Shown: positions 1 through 8,643 of the stretch, piece after piece
Position numbering within the stretch: position 1 is the first letter of the stretch
How the letters are laid out: the number at the start of each line of letters is the position of its first letter
Origin: Cetobacterium sp.
GTDB lineage: Bacteria > Fusobacteriota > Fusobacteriia > Fusobacteriales > Fusobacteriaceae
Length of the DNA: 64,000 nt
Assembly (NCBI RefSeq): GCF_051658645.1
Contig: NZ_JBOFMZ010000035.1
Span: 40,678 to 104,677, forward strand
Direction of reading: 5' to 3'
Translations under genes and position numbers: made by a program
Notes under the pieces: generated by a model
The model's database searches: none
What the model was told of the DNA's origin: nothing
The model's input: only the letters and a program-made list of their open reading frames with translations

Positions 1-582
1 AGATGGAGAAGCTGAAACTTCTAGTACAACTGATTTTAAAGCTAAATTAGCAAATTTTTCTAAAAGTTTTTTATTAGAATTTTGGAATTTTAAGAACGCT
101 TCTAATTTGCTTTCAATTTTACTTATAACATCATCTTGAGTATGATTTTTAGCTCTGCTACATATAAATGACATCTCATTACAAAGTAAACATTGTCTTT
201 TTTCTCCACCGAAGTCCTTTCTAGAAAATGGATATCCATTAAAATCAAAGACATCAATATCAACACATCTTCCAAGTTGGTGATTATTTTCAATAGCCAT
301 AGCAATTTTTTTAATACTTTTTCCATTACTTTTGATAGAATAGATATATGTACGTCCTTCAATAGAATCTAATTTTTTTGAAAAAATAATATCTGAATTG
401 AATATATCTAGAACTTCATTTTTTATACATTCTAAAATATATTTTGAAACAAAAGTATTCTTTTCCTCACCAGGATAGTTAGCTCTTAAAACTAAAATTG
501 GCAGCTTATATTTTGTGATTATTTCATTTTGGATTTCCACTCTTTTCTCTCTCATTAATAAAAATTCTTCTAAATTAAACAT
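1..582 (-). CDS. citXG: CitX-CitG fusion (apo-citrate lyase phosphoribosyl-dephospho-CoA transferase / triphosphoribosyl-dephospho-CoA synthase); partial, runs off the window start
   Basis: Not in the ORF track. Manual translation from ATG at 582 gives MFNLEEFLLMREKRVEIQ...VLRANYPGEEKN...GRCVDIDV...RQCLLC (CitX motifs). It continues without a stop into LALKSVVLEVSASPS, which resembles the CitG N-terminus. Lies 4 nt downstream of citC. Confidence 0.85.
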   Translation of the reverse strand, partial: MFNLEEFLLMREKRVEIQNEIITKYKLPILVLRANYPGEEKNTFVSKYILECIKNEVLDIFNSDIIFSKKLDSIEGRTYIYSIKSNGKSIKKIAMAIENNHQLGRCVDIDVFDFNGYPFSRKDFGGEKRQCLLCNEMSFICSRAKNHTQDDVISKIESKLEAFLKFQNSNKKLLEKFANLALKSVVLEVSASPS

Positions 583-586
583 ATAT

Positions 587-1621
587 TTAGTTTACAGAGT
601 TAGAATTTTTGATTCTATCCCTAACCTCCTCTCCTTTATTTGAAGTTAAATAATCTAGAGTAGTTTTGGGAACTAAATTTTTAATTTCATCAAATTCGTT
701 ATTTTTTAAAAGTTCTCTTACTCGAGATGCGCTAATAGCTTTTTCATTACTTTTTTTTCTTGGAATAATGATGACATTCAAATTAAACTTTTTAAAAGTT
801 TCAATCATAGTTTCATTATATTTTTTTGTAATCTCACAATATGGTTCTTCACCAACAAATCTTGTAGAGATATTAAGTTTTGAACAAAAATGTTCAGCAG
901 TAATTAATGTATCTAATTTCATAAATTCATAAAGTGAATTATCCTCTTTTTTGAGGAAATAATTTGGAAAAGTAGCTGAAGATATAATATATTCAGTACT
1001 AGGTAAAACAATTACATTTTGTAGGTGTTTAGTTCCTTTTTTTACAAGCTCAATTCTATCTTCGAATGGAAAAGAAGATTTATCTTCTTCAACAATGAAT
1101 ACTAAAACATTGTCCATCTCTTTAGATGCATGTTCGATTAAGAATTGATGCCCTAAAGTGAATGGATTACAGTTCATTATTAATAAACCATTGTTACTAT
1201 TTTTACTCCAATTAATTTCATTTTTAATATTTTTAATACTTTTTTCGATAGAATCTATACCAATTTCAAGTAAAGAAACTTTATCAGTTTTTGAAATAGT
1301 TTTAAATCCAACACCCTTAAAAATTTCTTCATTAGAAGGTTTTGTAAAAACAAAATTATGAAAAATTCCTTCTTCAAAACACTTGTTTAAAAGATTTGTA
1401 ACAAGAGTATTTGTAACACCTTCACCTCTTAAAGAATCATCAATTGCAAAACATTTGATGATATTTTTAGTTTTAGATGCAGATGCAATAATCTCTTCAT
1501 CTTTTCTAATAACTAAAGAGTAATCAATACTTTCATCAAAGATAAGATCAAATTTTAATAAAAAATTTTTAAGTTCATTTTTTTGATAATTACTTTTTAT
1601 ATTTAATGTTTCTATATTCAT
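587..1621 (-). CDS. citC: [citrate (pro-3S)-lyase] ligase
   Basis: N-terminal GNAT-like region (IKCFAIDDSLRGEG), then MNCNPFTLGH and ISASRVR motifs typical of CitC; adjacent to citX. Confidence 0.93.
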   Translation of the reverse strand: MNIETLNIKSNYQKNELKNFLLKFDLIFDESIDYSLVIRKDEEIIASASKTKNIIKCFAIDDSLRGEGVTNTLVTNLLNKCFEEGIFHNFVFTKPSNEEIFKGVGFKTISKTDKVSLLEIGIDSIEKSIKNIKNEINWSKNSNNGLLIMNCNPFTLGHQFLIEHASKEMDNVLVFIVEEDKSSFPFEDRIELVKKGTKHLQNVIVLPSTEYIISSATFPNYFLKKEDNSLYEFMKLDTLITAEHFCSKLNISTRFVGEEPYCEITKKYNETMIETFKKFNLNVIIIPRKKSNEKAISASRVRELLKNNEFDEIKNLVPKTTLDYLTSNKGEEVRDRIKNSNSVN

Positions 1622-2136
1622 TCTGATATATTTACTCCTTCTTTTATAAGTTGAAATTTGCTCGTGATATCATCAAGATATTGAATGAAAATATTTTTCG
1701 ATTCAACTATTATTTCACTTTTTGAGATACTGTAAACAATATACGCTTTATTATTTTCAATCCAAGAATCTTTTACAATAGCTTTTTGAATAAGTTGATT
1801 GGCGGTATAATCCATTAAATCTGATAGAGCTGGAGATAAAATATTTTTAGTATATGGATCAGCAGAAACTAAAAAAGATTTAAAAATTATATTTTCTTCA
1901 ACAAGAATCCGCATTTTTAATTTATCTTTTGCTTCACGAGAAGCTTTACCATTAGCTACAAGAGTTCCACTACCTGCAATTTTAGAAGAACCAGTACCTA
2001 TAATTTCATTTTCAGAATCAATAGGTAAAACTACTTTTTCAGTAGTTTCAAAATCATCAACAGAAGTTGGAATAGAGATACTGTTGCATCCAACTAATAA
2101 AGTAGTAAAAAGTATAAATATAAATTTCTTAAGCAT
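1618..2136 (-). CDS. Lipoprotein, possibly LPP20-like
   Basis: Signal peptide MLKKFIFILFTTLLVGC ending in a lipobox (LVG-C); stop overlaps the citC start (ATGA). Family assignment is tentative. Confidence 0.6.
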   Translation of the reverse strand: MLKKFIFILFTTLLVGCNSISIPTSVDDFETTEKVVLPIDSENEIIGTGSSKIAGSGTLVANGKASREAKDKLKMRILVEENIIFKSFLVSADPYTKNILSPALSDLMDYTANQLIQKAIVKDSWIENNKAYIVYSISKSEIIVESKNIFIQYLDDITSKFQLIKEGVNISE

Positions 2137-2158
2137 TTTTTTCCCCTTTAACTGTTAT

Positions 2159-2698
2159 TTAAAATTTAGGATTAATAGTAGAGCTATTGTTTTTTAATGT
2201 AGTGTTTTTATAACATGAGAATAAATATAAAGTTTCATTTAATACTTCTACTTTGTTTATAATAGACCAGTTATTAGTTTTAGCAAAATCTAAAATTTCA
2301 TCATTTATTGGAGATAAAATATATTTAGTCGAATCCAAATTTAAAAAGTTGAAATTTTTAGTTGTAACTGGATTAACATGCTCTCCAAATAATTTTTTAA
2401 CACCAAGTAATGAGTATTTATCCTCTTTTATTCCAACGTTTAATATACCTTCTAGTTTTCTACAAAAAGATATAATTTCTGTATAGAAATAAGCAATATC
2501 TTCAACAGGAATTTCTGAAATATTACTCAGACGGTTATATATGGCAATTTCTCTTTCAGGAACATAGATTCGACTATTATTTTTAGATTTTGTAACTCCT
2601 ACTTCATGAACTATTTTCATTCTTTTTAAGATTAGTTCTATAATTTTGTTATCTATATTATCAATTTCTTCTCTTAATTTATTAATATCAGTTGTAAT
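2159..2698 (-). CDS. AroQ-type chorismate mutase domain protein with a degenerate C-terminal domain; probable ATT start
   Basis: The frame of ORF 2159..2620 stays open 26 codons upstream, giving ITTDINKLREEIDNIDNKIIELILKRMKIVHEVGVTKSKNNSRIYVPERE, the classic CM type 2 pattern. SD-like GAGGG lies 6 nt before the ATT at 2698. Confidence 0.8.
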   Translation of the reverse strand: MTTDINKLREEIDNIDNKIIELILKRMKIVHEVGVTKSKNNSRIYVPEREIAIYNRLSNISEIPVEDIAYFYTEIISFCRKLEGILNVGIKEDKYSLLGVKKLFGEHVNPVTTKNFNFLNLDSTKYILSPINDEILDFAKTNNWSIINKVEVLNETLYLFSCYKNTTLKNNSSTINPKF

Positions 2699-2733
2699 TT
2701 TAATCCCTCATTTCATGAATATTCTTAGTATAT

Positions 2734-2762
2734 ATTCTATAATATAAAGGTATCAAAATCAA
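2734..2762 (-). promoter_or_regulatory. Sigma70-type promoter for the chorismate mutase-lipoprotein-citC-citXG run
   Basis: Minus strand TTGATT (2762-2757) - 17 nt - TAGAAT (2739-2734). Confidence 0.55.
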
Positions 2763-2769
2763 ATAAATA

Positions 2770-2798
2770 TTGAAATATAATCAAAAATCTTATAGAAT
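2770..2798 (+). promoter_or_regulatory. Sigma70-type promoter for accDA-pfkA-recR, back-to-back with the minus-strand promoter
   Basis: TTGAAA (2770-2775) - 17 nt - TAGAAT (2793-2798). Confidence 0.55.
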
Positions 2799-2841
2799 GA
2801 GATATTGAGATATAAAAAAAATGAAGTTTCTGGAGGAAAAG

Positions 2842-3726
2842 ATGAAGTTTTTTTCTTTGAATAAAAAAAAGTATGCAACTTTAACTGTTAAAGAAAACAA
2901 ATTAGATGATAAAATAGTTGATGAAAAAGAAGAGAAAATAATAAAGAAAACAAAAATAACTGGTCTTTGGGAAAAATGTCCAGAGTGTCATGAAGTTGTT
3001 TATAAAAATGATATTGAACAAAATTTACAAAAATGTCCACATTGTGATTATTATTTTTCAATGAGTGCAAAAGAAAGAATAGATCTTTTAATAGATGATG
3101 ATACATTTGAAGAAATCGATAAAGATTTAGCTTCAAAAAATCCATTAGACTTTCCAGGGTATAAAGAGAAATATGATGCTGCAGTAGAAAAAACTGGTCT
3201 TTTGGAAGGTGTAATTTCAGGTGTTGGAAATATATTTGGAATAAAACTAAGTATAGCTGTAATGGAGTTTGATTTTTTAGGTGGAAGTATGGGATCGGTT
3301 GTAGGAGAGAAAATTACGAGAGCAATAGAAAGAGGAATTGAATTAAAAATTCCAGTTGTAATTGTTTCTTCTTCAGGTGGAGCAAGAATGCATGAAGGAA
3401 TACTTTCTCTTATGCAAATGGCAAAAACTTCTGCTGCTTTAGAAAGATTGAGATCAAAAGGATTACCATTTATATCAATACCTGTTAATCCGACAACTGG
3501 TGGAGTAACAGCTTCTTTTGCAATGTTAGGAGATGTTATAATGACAGAACCAGATGCTTTGATTGGTTTTGCAGGACAGAGAGTGATTGAACAAACAATA
3601 AAGCAAAAACTTCCAGTAGGATTCCAAAGAAGTGAATTCTTGAAAGAGTGTGGAATGGTAGATATAATTACAAAAAGAGAAAAAATGAAAGAAAATCTAC
3701 ATAAGATTATAAGCAATATAATCTAG
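2842..3726 (+). CDS. accD: Acetyl-CoA carboxylase carboxyltransferase beta subunit
   Basis: Zn-finger KCPEC...CPHC and GGSMGSVVGEK, GGARMHEG, PTTGGVTASF motifs; start moved to ATG 2842 behind GGAGG. Confidence 0.97.
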   Translation: MKFFSLNKKKYATLTVKENKLDDKIVDEKEEKIIKKTKITGLWEKCPECHEVVYKNDIEQNLQKCPHCDYYFSMSAKERIDLLIDDDTFEEIDKDLASKNPLDFPGYKEKYDAAVEKTGLLEGVISGVGNIFGIKLSIAVMEFDFLGGSMGSVVGEKITRAIERGIELKIPVVIVSSSGGARMHEGILSLMQMAKTSAALERLRSKGLPFISIPVNPTTGGVTASFAMLGDVIMTEPDALIGFAGQRVIEQTIKQKLPVGFQRSEFLKECGMVDIITKREKMKENLHKIISNII

Positions 3727-3752
3727 AAATAGTTTATTAGTAGGAGTGTGTC

Positions 3753-4703
3753 ATGAAATTTAATAATGAGATTTTAGATTTAGAAACTAAAATATTAGAA
3801 CTTAAAAATTTTTCGAAAGAAAAAGACATAGATTTAAGTATAGAGATAGATAAATTTTCAAAGCGAAGAGATGAATATTTAAAGCTAGCATATGAAGATT
3901 TGACGGATTGGGAAAGAGTATCAATAGCTCGTCATCCTGAAAGACCATATACTCTAGATTATATAGAGAACATGACAACAGATTTCATTGAATTACACGG
4001 GGATAGATTGTGTAAAGATGATCCGGCTATAGTTGGTGGACTTTGTAAAATTGATGGGCAGAAAGTTGTAATTATTGGACATCAAAAAGGAAGAACTATA
4101 GAAGAAAATATATTTAGAAATTTTGGAATGGCAAGTCCAGAAGGATATAGAAAAGCATTGAGATTATTTAAAATGGCAGAAAGATTTTCAATACCAATAG
4201 TAAATTTGATTGATACAGCAGGTGCTTATCCAGGAATAGAAGCTGAAAAACATGGACAAGGAGAAGCAATAGCTCGAAATTTACTTGAAATGGCAGGAAT
4301 AAAAACTTCTATATTATCGATTGTTATAGGAGAGGGAGGTTCTGGAGGAGCTCTTGCATTAGGAGTGGCTGATAAAGTTTATATGCTAGAAAATTCAGTT
4401 TATTCAGTTATATCTCCAGAAGGGTGTGCAGCAATTTTATATAAAGACTCTTCAAAGGCAGCAGAGGCAGCAAACAACTTAAAAATATCAGGTGAAAGTT
4501 TACAAAGTTTAGGTATAATTGACGGAATTATAAAAGAGCCTTTAGGAGGAGCGCATAGAGATTATAAGTGTGTAGCAAATGACCTTAAAAGTGTTATTTT
4601 ATCATCACTTTCAGAGTTATCTAAATTAGATGTAGATACTTTGCTGAAAAATAGATATAATAAGTTTAGAAAAATGGGAAGTTTTATAGAAAAAACAATC
4701 TAA
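3753..4703 (+). CDS. accA: Acetyl-CoA carboxylase carboxyltransferase alpha subunit
   Basis: ARHPERP, FGMASPEGYRKA, DTAGAYPG, GEGGSGGALA motifs. Confidence 0.97.
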   Translation: MKFNNEILDLETKILELKNFSKEKDIDLSIEIDKFSKRRDEYLKLAYEDLTDWERVSIARHPERPYTLDYIENMTTDFIELHGDRLCKDDPAIVGGLCKIDGQKVVIIGHQKGRTIEENIFRNFGMASPEGYRKALRLFKMAERFSIPIVNLIDTAGAYPGIEAEKHGQGEAIARNLLEMAGIKTSILSIVIGEGGSGGALALGVADKVYMLENSVYSVISPEGCAAILYKDSSKAAEAANNLKISGESLQSLGIIDGIIKEPLGGAHRDYKCVANDLKSVILSSLSELSKLDVDTLLKNRYNKFRKMGSFIEKTI

Positions 4704-4737
4704 ATTTTAATAGAAAGCGTCGGAGGTGCAAGGCTTT

Positions 4738-5703
4738 ATGAAGAAAATAGCAATTTTAACAAGTGGAGGAGATGCTCCAGGAATGAACGCTGCAGTAAGA
4801 GCAGTGGCTAAAGTAGCTTTAGCAAAAGGTATTGAAGTATTTGGAATAAAAAGAGGATATTTAGGAATGCTGCATGATGAAATCTTCCAAATGAATGGAA
4901 GTCATGTATCAGGAATTATAGATAGGGGTGGAACAATACTTTTAACAGCAAGATGTTTAGAGTTCAAGGACCCAAAGTTTAGAGCAATAGCTGCTGAAAA
5001 CTTAAAGAAAAGAGGAATAGAAGGAATAGTTGTAATTGGGGGAGATGGATCTTATAGAGGTGCTGATTTATTATCTAAAGAGCATGGAATTAAAGTTGTA
5101 GGTCTACCTGGAACAATTGACAATGATATAATTGGTACTGATTACACAATAGGATTTGATACTTGTTTAAATACAATATTAGATGCTATATCAAAATTAA
5201 GAGATACAGCAACTTCTCATGAAAGAACAATATTAATGGAAGTTATGGGAAGAGATGCAGGAGATTTAGCTATTCATGCAACATTAGCAGGTGGAGGAGA
5301 TGGAATACTAATTCCTGAAATAGATGAGCCACTAGATATGTTAGCTTATCAAATAAAAGAAAGAAGAAGACATGGAAAACTTCATGATATAATTTTAATA
5401 TCTGAAGGTGTTGGAAGCGTTCTTGAAATAGAAAAGCAATTAAAAGAAAAAGTAACAACAGAAGTAAGAAGTGTAGTTTTAGCTCATGTTCAAAGAGGTG
5501 GGACTCCTTCAGGATTTGATAGAGTGCTTGCAACTAAAATGGGAGCAAAAGCAGTAGAGCTTTTAATCGCAGGTGAAGGTGGAGTTATGGTTGGAATTGA
5601 AAGTAACGATTTAGTAACTCATCCAATTTCATTTGCTTGGGAAGGTACTAGAAAGTATGATATTAGAAAAGACTATGAATTAGCATTAATACTTTGTAAA
5701 TAG
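4738..5703 (+). CDS. pfkA: ATP-dependent 6-phosphofructokinase
   Basis: [33 protein letters not shown] motifs. Confidence 0.97.
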   Translation: MKKIAILTSGGDAPGMNAAVRAVAKVALAKGIEVFGIKRGYLGMLHDEIFQMNGSHVSGIIDRGGTILLTARCLEFKDPKFRAIAAENLKKRGIEGIVVIGGDGSYRGADLLSKEHGIKVVGLPGTIDNDIIGTDYTIGFDTCLNTILDAISKLRDTATSHERTILMEVMGRDAGDLAIHATLAGGGDGILIPEIDEPLDMLAYQIKERRRHGKLHDIILISEGVGSVLEIEKQLKEKVTTEVRSVVLAHVQRGGTPSGFDRVLATKMGAKAVELLIAGEGGVMVGIESNDLVTHPISFAWEGTRKYDIRKDYELALILCK

Positions 5704-5717
5704 GAGTTGGTATAGAT

Positions 5718-6038
5718 ATGATTACAGTTTTAGATGTTGTTAGAAAAGAAAGAAGAAAAAACAAAATAAAAAGAGAAATTGAAGATAACGATAGAAAAGT
5801 TAGAGATAACAGAAAAAGAGTAGATCTTCTTTTCAACTTAAAAGAGTATTTAAAACCTGGAATGAGTTATGCTGAAGTAATTGACATAATAGAAAATATG
5901 AAGGGTGATTATGAAGATAGAGTAGATGATTATATCATTAAAAATGCAGAATTAGGAAAAGAAAGAAGAGAAATTTCTAAAAGCATCAGAGAGATTACAA
6001 GATCATTAGCTCAAAAAACTACAGTAGAAAAAAAGTAG
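5718..6038 (+). CDS. Highly charged, probably helical/coiled-coil hypothetical protein
   Basis: 106-aa ORF with an SD (GGAG), tightly packed between pfkA and recR; K/R/E/D-rich; no family recognised. Confidence 0.75.
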   Translation: MITVLDVVRKERRKNKIKREIEDNDRKVRDNRKRVDLLFNLKEYLKPGMSYAEVIDIIENMKGDYEDRVDDYIIKNAELGKERREISKSIREITRSLAQKTTVEKK

Positions 6039-6050
6039 TAAGGAGTTTAA

Positions 6051-6644
6051 ATGGCAACAAGGTCACTAGAAATATTGATAGATGAATTTAATAGATTACC
6101 TGGAATCGGAAAAAAGAGTGCTATAAGGTTAGCTTTTCACATTTTAGAGATGTCCAATACAGAAGTTGAAAGATTTTCAAAAGCTCTAAAAGATGCAAAA
6201 GAAACTGTAAAAAAATGTTCTGTATGTGGAAACTTCAGTGAAGAAGATATATGTGGAATATGTAGCGATGAATTTAGAGAAAAAAATATTATCTGTGTTG
6301 TAGAAGATAGTCGAGATATAATTCCGTTGGAAAAAACAAATAGATACAAAGGTATGTATCATGTTTTAAACGGAAAAATAGATCCTTTAAATGGAATAAC
6401 ACCAGACAAACTGAATTTAAAACCTCTATTGGAAAAAGTAGCAAAAGAAGAGATAAAAGAGATTATTTTAGCGTTAAATCCAGATTTAGAAGGAGAAACG
6501 ACAGCTCTTTATTTAACAAGGTTACTAAAGCCATTTCATGTAAAAATAACAAAAATAGCAAGTGGAATTCCTATGGGTGGAAATATAGAATTTGCAGATA
6601 TTGCAACTATATCTAGAGCTTTAGAGGGAAGACAAGAGATATGA
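6051..6644 (+). CDS. recR: Recombination mediator RecR
   Basis: LPGIGKKSA HhH, C4 zinc finger (CSVC...CGIC), Toprim region (ALNPDLEGETTA), ASGIPMGG. Confidence 0.97.
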   Translation: MATRSLEILIDEFNRLPGIGKKSAIRLAFHILEMSNTEVERFSKALKDAKETVKKCSVCGNFSEEDICGICSDEFREKNIICVVEDSRDIIPLEKTNRYKGMYHVLNGKIDPLNGITPDKLNLKPLLEKVAKEEIKEIILALNPDLEGETTALYLTRLLKPFHVKITKIASGIPMGGNIEFADIATISRALEGRQEI

Positions 6645-6673
6645 AAAAGTCGGTAATTATACCGACTTTTTTT
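6644..6673. terminator. Bidirectional intrinsic terminator between convergent recR and the aminotransferase
   Basis: AAAAAGTCGGTA-ATTA-TACCGACTTTTT, with A/T tracts on both sides. Confidence 0.85.
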
Positions 6674-7781
6674 CTTTTAAATCTAAAATAGTTTTTTCTA
6701 AGCAATCAAGAGTAAAACGAACTCTATCTTCACGAGCATTTTCACCCATATGTCCAATTCTTAAAACTTTACCAGCTAAAGGACCATAAGAGCCTGAAAT
6801 CATAATTCCATATTTAGTTTTTAAATGAGATGAGACTTCATCTGGATTTATACCTTCTGGAGGATAAAAAGCAGTAACTGTAGGTGAAAAGTTATCTTCA
6901 AGATACATAGTACATCCAAAGCTTTTAAGCTTTTCAATACAAAGATCTCTCATCTCTTCATGTCTATCAAAAGCTCTAAAAAGAGTTTCAGATAAAAGAT
7001 TATCAACAGCAGTTCCTAAACTAATAATATCGCTTGCAGGCATTGTATATGGAAAAGATTTGTTTTCTTCAATATTTTTCCAAAGTAAAAGATTACAATA
7101 GAATGAAGGGATAGGAGAAGTCCGATTTTCCATAGTTTTCCAAGCATCATCACTAACAGCAACAATAGTAAGTCCAGGTGCAGCTGAAAAAACTTTTTGT
7201 GACGCTGAAAGCATAATATCTACACTCCAGTCGTCCATTCTAAAATCAACCCCCCCAAGAGCAGCAACAGTGTCAACAACAGTCAAGATACCATTTGATT
7301 TTAGTAATTTACAGATAGGCCCTATATCGTTTAAAAGACCACTAGGTGTATCACAATGAACAATAGTAGCGTATTTAAAATTAGAATCTATTTCTAAAAA
7401 ACTTTTTAATTTGTCAAAATCTATTGATTTTTTCCAATTGGATTCAAAAATTGTAACTTCACCACCGTAAGGTTGAATTAAATCTTTGAATCCTTCACCA
7501 AAAACACCATTTGAAAGAACAAGAACTCTATCTCCTTTTTCAGTTAAAGAAGCTGCAGCAGAATCTAATCCAAGCATACCTTCTCCACTCATAATAAATA
7601 TTTTTGAATGATCAGAACCAATAAAATTTCTAAGTCTATGACAAACAAATTTATAATAGCTTAAAAAATCAGGGTCAAGATCAGGGTTACCAAATGCTTT
7701 ACTTCTTGCATGTAAAGCATTTCCAGATACAGTAGTCGGGCCAGCAGTCATCATTAAATAGTTAGGTCTGTAAAATAACAT
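6657..7781 (-). CDS. Class V PLP-dependent aminotransferase (alanine-glyoxylate/serine-pyruvate family)
   Basis: MTAGPT, VHCDTPSG, VDTVAALGG, SASQK (PLP lysine) and RIGHMG motifs; substrate cannot be assigned from sequence. Confidence 0.88.
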   Translation of the reverse strand: MLFYRPNYLMMTAGPTTVSGNALHARSKAFGNPDLDPDFLSYYKFVCHRLRNFIGSDHSKIFIMSGEGMLGLDSAAASLTEKGDRVLVLSNGVFGEGFKDLIQPYGGEVTIFESNWKKSIDFDKLKSFLEIDSNFKYATIVHCDTPSGLLNDIGPICKLLKSNGILTVVDTVAALGGVDFRMDDWSVDIMLSASQKVFSAAPGLTIVAVSDDAWKTMENRTSPIPSFYCNLLLWKNIEENKSFPYTMPASDIISLGTAVDNLLSETLFRAFDRHEEMRDLCIEKLKSFGCTMYLEDNFSPTVTAFYPPEGINPDEVSSHLKTKYGIMISGSYGPLAGKVLRIGHMGENAREDRVRFTLDCLEKTILDLKEKKSV

Positions 7782-7921
7782 TTTAAATCCTCCTTAAACT
7801 AATTATGTTTATAAATATTATACAAAAAAAAAAGAAAAAAAGCCATTAGAAACAAAAAAGAAGTGGTAATATAAAGATATAAACTCTATAATAGGTGTAC
7901 ACGAATTCAAAAGGAGAGATA

Positions 7922-8566
7922 ATGCAATTAACAGAGAGACAAAAAGAGATAGTAGAAATAATAAAAAAATATGGACCAGTAACAGGTGAAGAGATAGCAA
8001 AAATGATATATATAACAAGATCGGCTTTAAGAACAGATTTTTCTATTTTGAAAAAAATGTCAATAATAAAATCTAAACAGAAAATAGGATATACATATAA
8101 TCAAGCTTTTATTGACTCAAACAATAAAACACTAGTAAAACATATTATGAGTGCTCCAATAACAATTGATGAGAGTTATTCAGTTTATAAAACAGTATTA
8201 TTAATGTTCGAAAAAGATATTGGAACAATATTTATAACAAAAGAGGGAAATTTAGCAGGAATAGTTTCGAGAAAAGATTTACTTCGAATTGCGATAGGAA
8301 AAAGAGATATAGAACAGATACCAATAAATTTAATTATGACGAGAATGCCGAATTTAGTTTTCTCAATAGAGAATGAAACGATAGAAGATTCTATAAAAAA
8401 AATAATAGAACATCAAATTGATTCACTTCCAGTAGTAAGAATAACAGAAAAAAATGGAAAAGAGATATACAAAGTGGTTGGTAGATTTACTAAAACAAAT
8501 GCAAGTAGATTACTATTAGATATATTAAGTAATAAAAACAAAGAAAAAAGTGAAGTAACTCTTTAA
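7922..8566 (+). CDS. HTH + CBS-domain transcriptional regulator (CcpN-like)
   Basis: N-terminal LTERQKEIVEIIKKYGPVTGEEIA...TRSALRTD HTH resembling Bacillus CcpN, followed by a CBS pair (GIVSRKDLL, IDSLPVV); start moved to ATG 7922 behind AAGGAG. Confidence 0.85.
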   Translation: MQLTERQKEIVEIIKKYGPVTGEEIAKMIYITRSALRTDFSILKKMSIIKSKQKIGYTYNQAFIDSNNKTLVKHIMSAPITIDESYSVYKTVLLMFEKDIGTIFITKEGNLAGIVSRKDLLRIAIGKRDIEQIPINLIMTRMPNLVFSIENETIEDSIKKIIEHQIDSLPVVRITEKNGKEIYKVVGRFTKTNASRLLLDILSNKNKEKSEVTL

Positions 8567-8572
8567 AAAAAC

Positions 8573-8601
8573 TTGTATTTTATACCTTGTTAGTATATAA
8601 T
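8573..8601 (+). promoter_or_regulatory. Sigma70-type promoter for tcdA-flavodoxin-rhodanese
   Basis: TTGTAT (8573-8578) - 17 nt - TATAAT (8596-8601). Confidence 0.6.
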
Positions 8602-8643
8602 CTTTATGTAATTAGTAAACAATAGAAAAGGTTGGTATTTTAG

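Noticed and set aside
123-362. 79-aa minus-strand ORF in the track
   Set aside because: It is an alternative frame inside the citXG gene (582 to <1), which has clear homology.
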